Positions 62,688-64,000 of a stretch of 64,000 nt of DNA are shown piece by piece. Positions within the stretch are counted from its first letter, which is position 1, and each line of letters begins with the position of its first letter. Under the pieces are notes generated by a model. The model made no database searches and was not told the origin of the DNA. It saw only the letters and a list, made by a program, of their open reading frames with translations. The position numbers and the translations under genes are program-made. The stretch comes from Candidatus Micrarchaeota archaeon (GTDB taxonomy: Archaea > Micrarchaeota > Micrarchaeia > Anstonellales > Bilamarchaeaceae): assembly GCA_014727975.1 (NCBI GenBank), contig WJMK01000014.1:2558-66557 (forward strand), given 5' to 3'.

Positions 62688-64000
62688 TCACCTAGTAAAA
62701 TCCAGGGTGCGCAGCCTTTCCTGCATAAATTCATAAATCGGGACTTTTGCAGGGGTAGGGATGTGCCCCTGCTTCTGCTGGAAATCCGTGGTGTCCTGGA
62801 ATGTCCCGGAATTAATTATCAGGGAGTCCCTGTATCGCATATATCCATTCTTGTGGACGTGGCCAAAATGCACCACATCTGGCTCGTTTTCAATTACCAT
62901 ATAGTCAAGCTTTTCCGGAACGACTGCGTTCCCCCCAAACATGGGGGAAAGGTGGCGCCTCTTCAGGCATTCTGCCATCACCTTTTCAGGGTGGTCATAG
63001 CTTAAGTGGGAAAGGCTCGCAATCCAGCTGTCTGAGGATGTGCCATGATAGAGTAAATGTTCGGTGTTTTCCACACATAGGGTTGATGGGCTGCCAAGGC
63101 TGAGCACATCACACCCCAGGATATCCTTCGGAAGTGCCGGCATTGGCTCTGCGCGCCTCACTGCATCGTGGTTCCCCGGGCATACGATCACCTCCAGGTA
63201 ATCCGGAAGCTCCTGCACAAAACCTGAAAAAAGCTCATACTGCTTGAATATGTCAAGGACGTCCAGGTCTTTCTCCTGGTTGGGGTAAATGCCTATCCCA
63301 TCCACTATGTCCCCTGCAACAAAAACATACTTCACTTTTCCTGCGAGTTCAGTGTTTTCGCCTTTTCCTGCAATCCAGTCTGTAAAGCGGTTAAAATAAT
63401 CCCCAAGGAATTGCTTGCTGCCAAAATGCAGGTCAGACAGATATACTGCCGCAAGGTCGCGCTCAGGCTTTTTCTTTTCCCTGGTAACTCTGAGGTCCGG
63501 CCATTCAAAATCCTCTGCAATTATAAACGCCTGGGCAACCTTCCCATAGATAAGGATTACATCATCGTTCACTATGTTCCTTGCCTTTTCAAATGCCTGC
63601 TCGTCACGTTGCGATATCACAACCTTGAACTGGCCGGTGAGGTCCTCTACCTGGAGCAGGATGTTCCCTTTCTTGGTTTCCCGGATTTCGGAAACCATTA
63701 CTATTGCCCGTATCTTCTGCCCTGCAAGCCTGGAAATCCCCTCCAGGTCTGCTTCAGGATATTTCCCGCTGTAGGTACGAAGGAGTGCGGAAAGCCGCTC
63801 ATAGCGGTTGCGGAAATAGTCCACAAAATCATTTACTCCTCCTTCTGTGCGGGATTTTCCTGTAACATCAAGGGATTCCCGCACTTTTATTTCAGGGGAA
63901 TATTCCTTTGCAGCGGGAGAGAAATCAGGGGAGAGGGAAACTTCAGCCTTAGTTGCCTCCGGCTTTATTTCTTTTTCTTCCTCCCTTTTTTTCAGAATGG
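62688..64000 (-). CDS. polB: DNA polymerase II (PolD) small subunit DP1, 5'-partial (continues beyond the window)
   Basis: Calcineurin-like phosphoesterase motifs VAGDIVDGIG, CPGNHD and GHVH. The frame stays open upstream of the listed GTG (63884) to position 64000 (…ILKKREEEKEIKPEATKAEVSLSPDF…), so the true start is off-window. Confidence 0.85.
   Translation of the reverse strand, partial: ILKKREEEKEIKPEATKAEVSLSPDFSPAAKEYSPEIKVRESLDVTGKSRTEGGVNDFVDYFRNRYERLSALLRTYSGKYPEADLEGISRLAGQKIRAIVMVSEIRETKKGNILLQVEDLTGQFKVVISQRDEQAFEKARNIVNDDVILIYGKVAQAFIIAEDFEWPDLRVTREKKKPERDLAAVYLSDLHFGSKQFLGDYFNRFTDWIAGKGENTELAGKVKYVFVAGDIVDGIGIYPNQEKDLDVLDIFKQYELFSGFVQELPDYLEVIVCPGNHDAVRRAEPMPALPKDILGCDVLSLGSPSTLCVENTEHLLYHGTSSDSWIASLSHLSYDHPEKVMAECLKRRHLSPMFGGNAVVPEKLDYMVIENEPDVVHFGHVHKNGYMRYRDSLIINSGTFQDTTDFQQKQGHIPTPAKVPIYEFMQERLRTLDFTR

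Noticed and set aside
409-64000. rRNA, RNase P RNA, SRP RNA, C/D-box sRNAs
   Set aside because: I inspected all intergenic stretches longer than 150 nt by eye. None had recognisable rRNA/RNase P/SRP conserved helices or C (TGATGA) / D (CTGA) box pairs. Absence cannot be proven without covariance-model searches.

Overview
This is a gene-dense archaeal chromosomal segment, with about 60 CDS and 5 tRNAs and no rRNA, CRISPR array or obvious provirus. Archaeal origin is supported by several features. There is a PolD operon (DP1 partial at the right edge, plus DP2). tRNA-Tyr has C1:G72 and the initiator tRNA-Met has A1:U72. Two tRNAs carry introns at 37/38. An AMP phosphorylase / ribose-1,5-bisphosphate isomerase pair is present. 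AT-rich TATA-like boxes sit about 25-35 nt upstream of many start codons, suggesting mostly leaderless mRNAs. Recognisable housekeeping genes are proS, cysS, purM, purH, purE, rtcA, trmI, an RNase P Pop5-like subunit, a class II HMG-CoA reductase coupled to a GT4 dolichyl-phosphate GlcNAc-1-P transferase, and htpX-lemA. A co-oriented iron block reads NifX-like, then two MinD-ferredoxin ATPases, then feoA-feoB-feoC-like, next to a divergent DtxR-family repressor. Between these lie lineage-specific genes that I cannot assign. Two tandem giant proteins (1150 and 739 aa) have internal glycine-zipper-like membrane segments. An 841-aa anchored protein ends in a caspase/CPD-like His-Cys module. A Cys-knot plus transglutaminase-like exoprotein follows it. 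A 1333-aa beta-helix and Cys-rich surface protein lies close to a thioredoxin-CcdA fusion. There is also a cluster of extremely acidic exported proteins. Intergenic DNA carries a small family of structured repeats: a 78-nt element in two copies, a TCTTGAGC-N3/4-GCTCAAGA hairpin at four loci, four CTTACG-N6-CGTAAG palindromes, and GGGTTTT / AAACCCAAAAC tracts. All coordinates and motifs were read by eye. No database search was possible, so family names are motif-based inferences.
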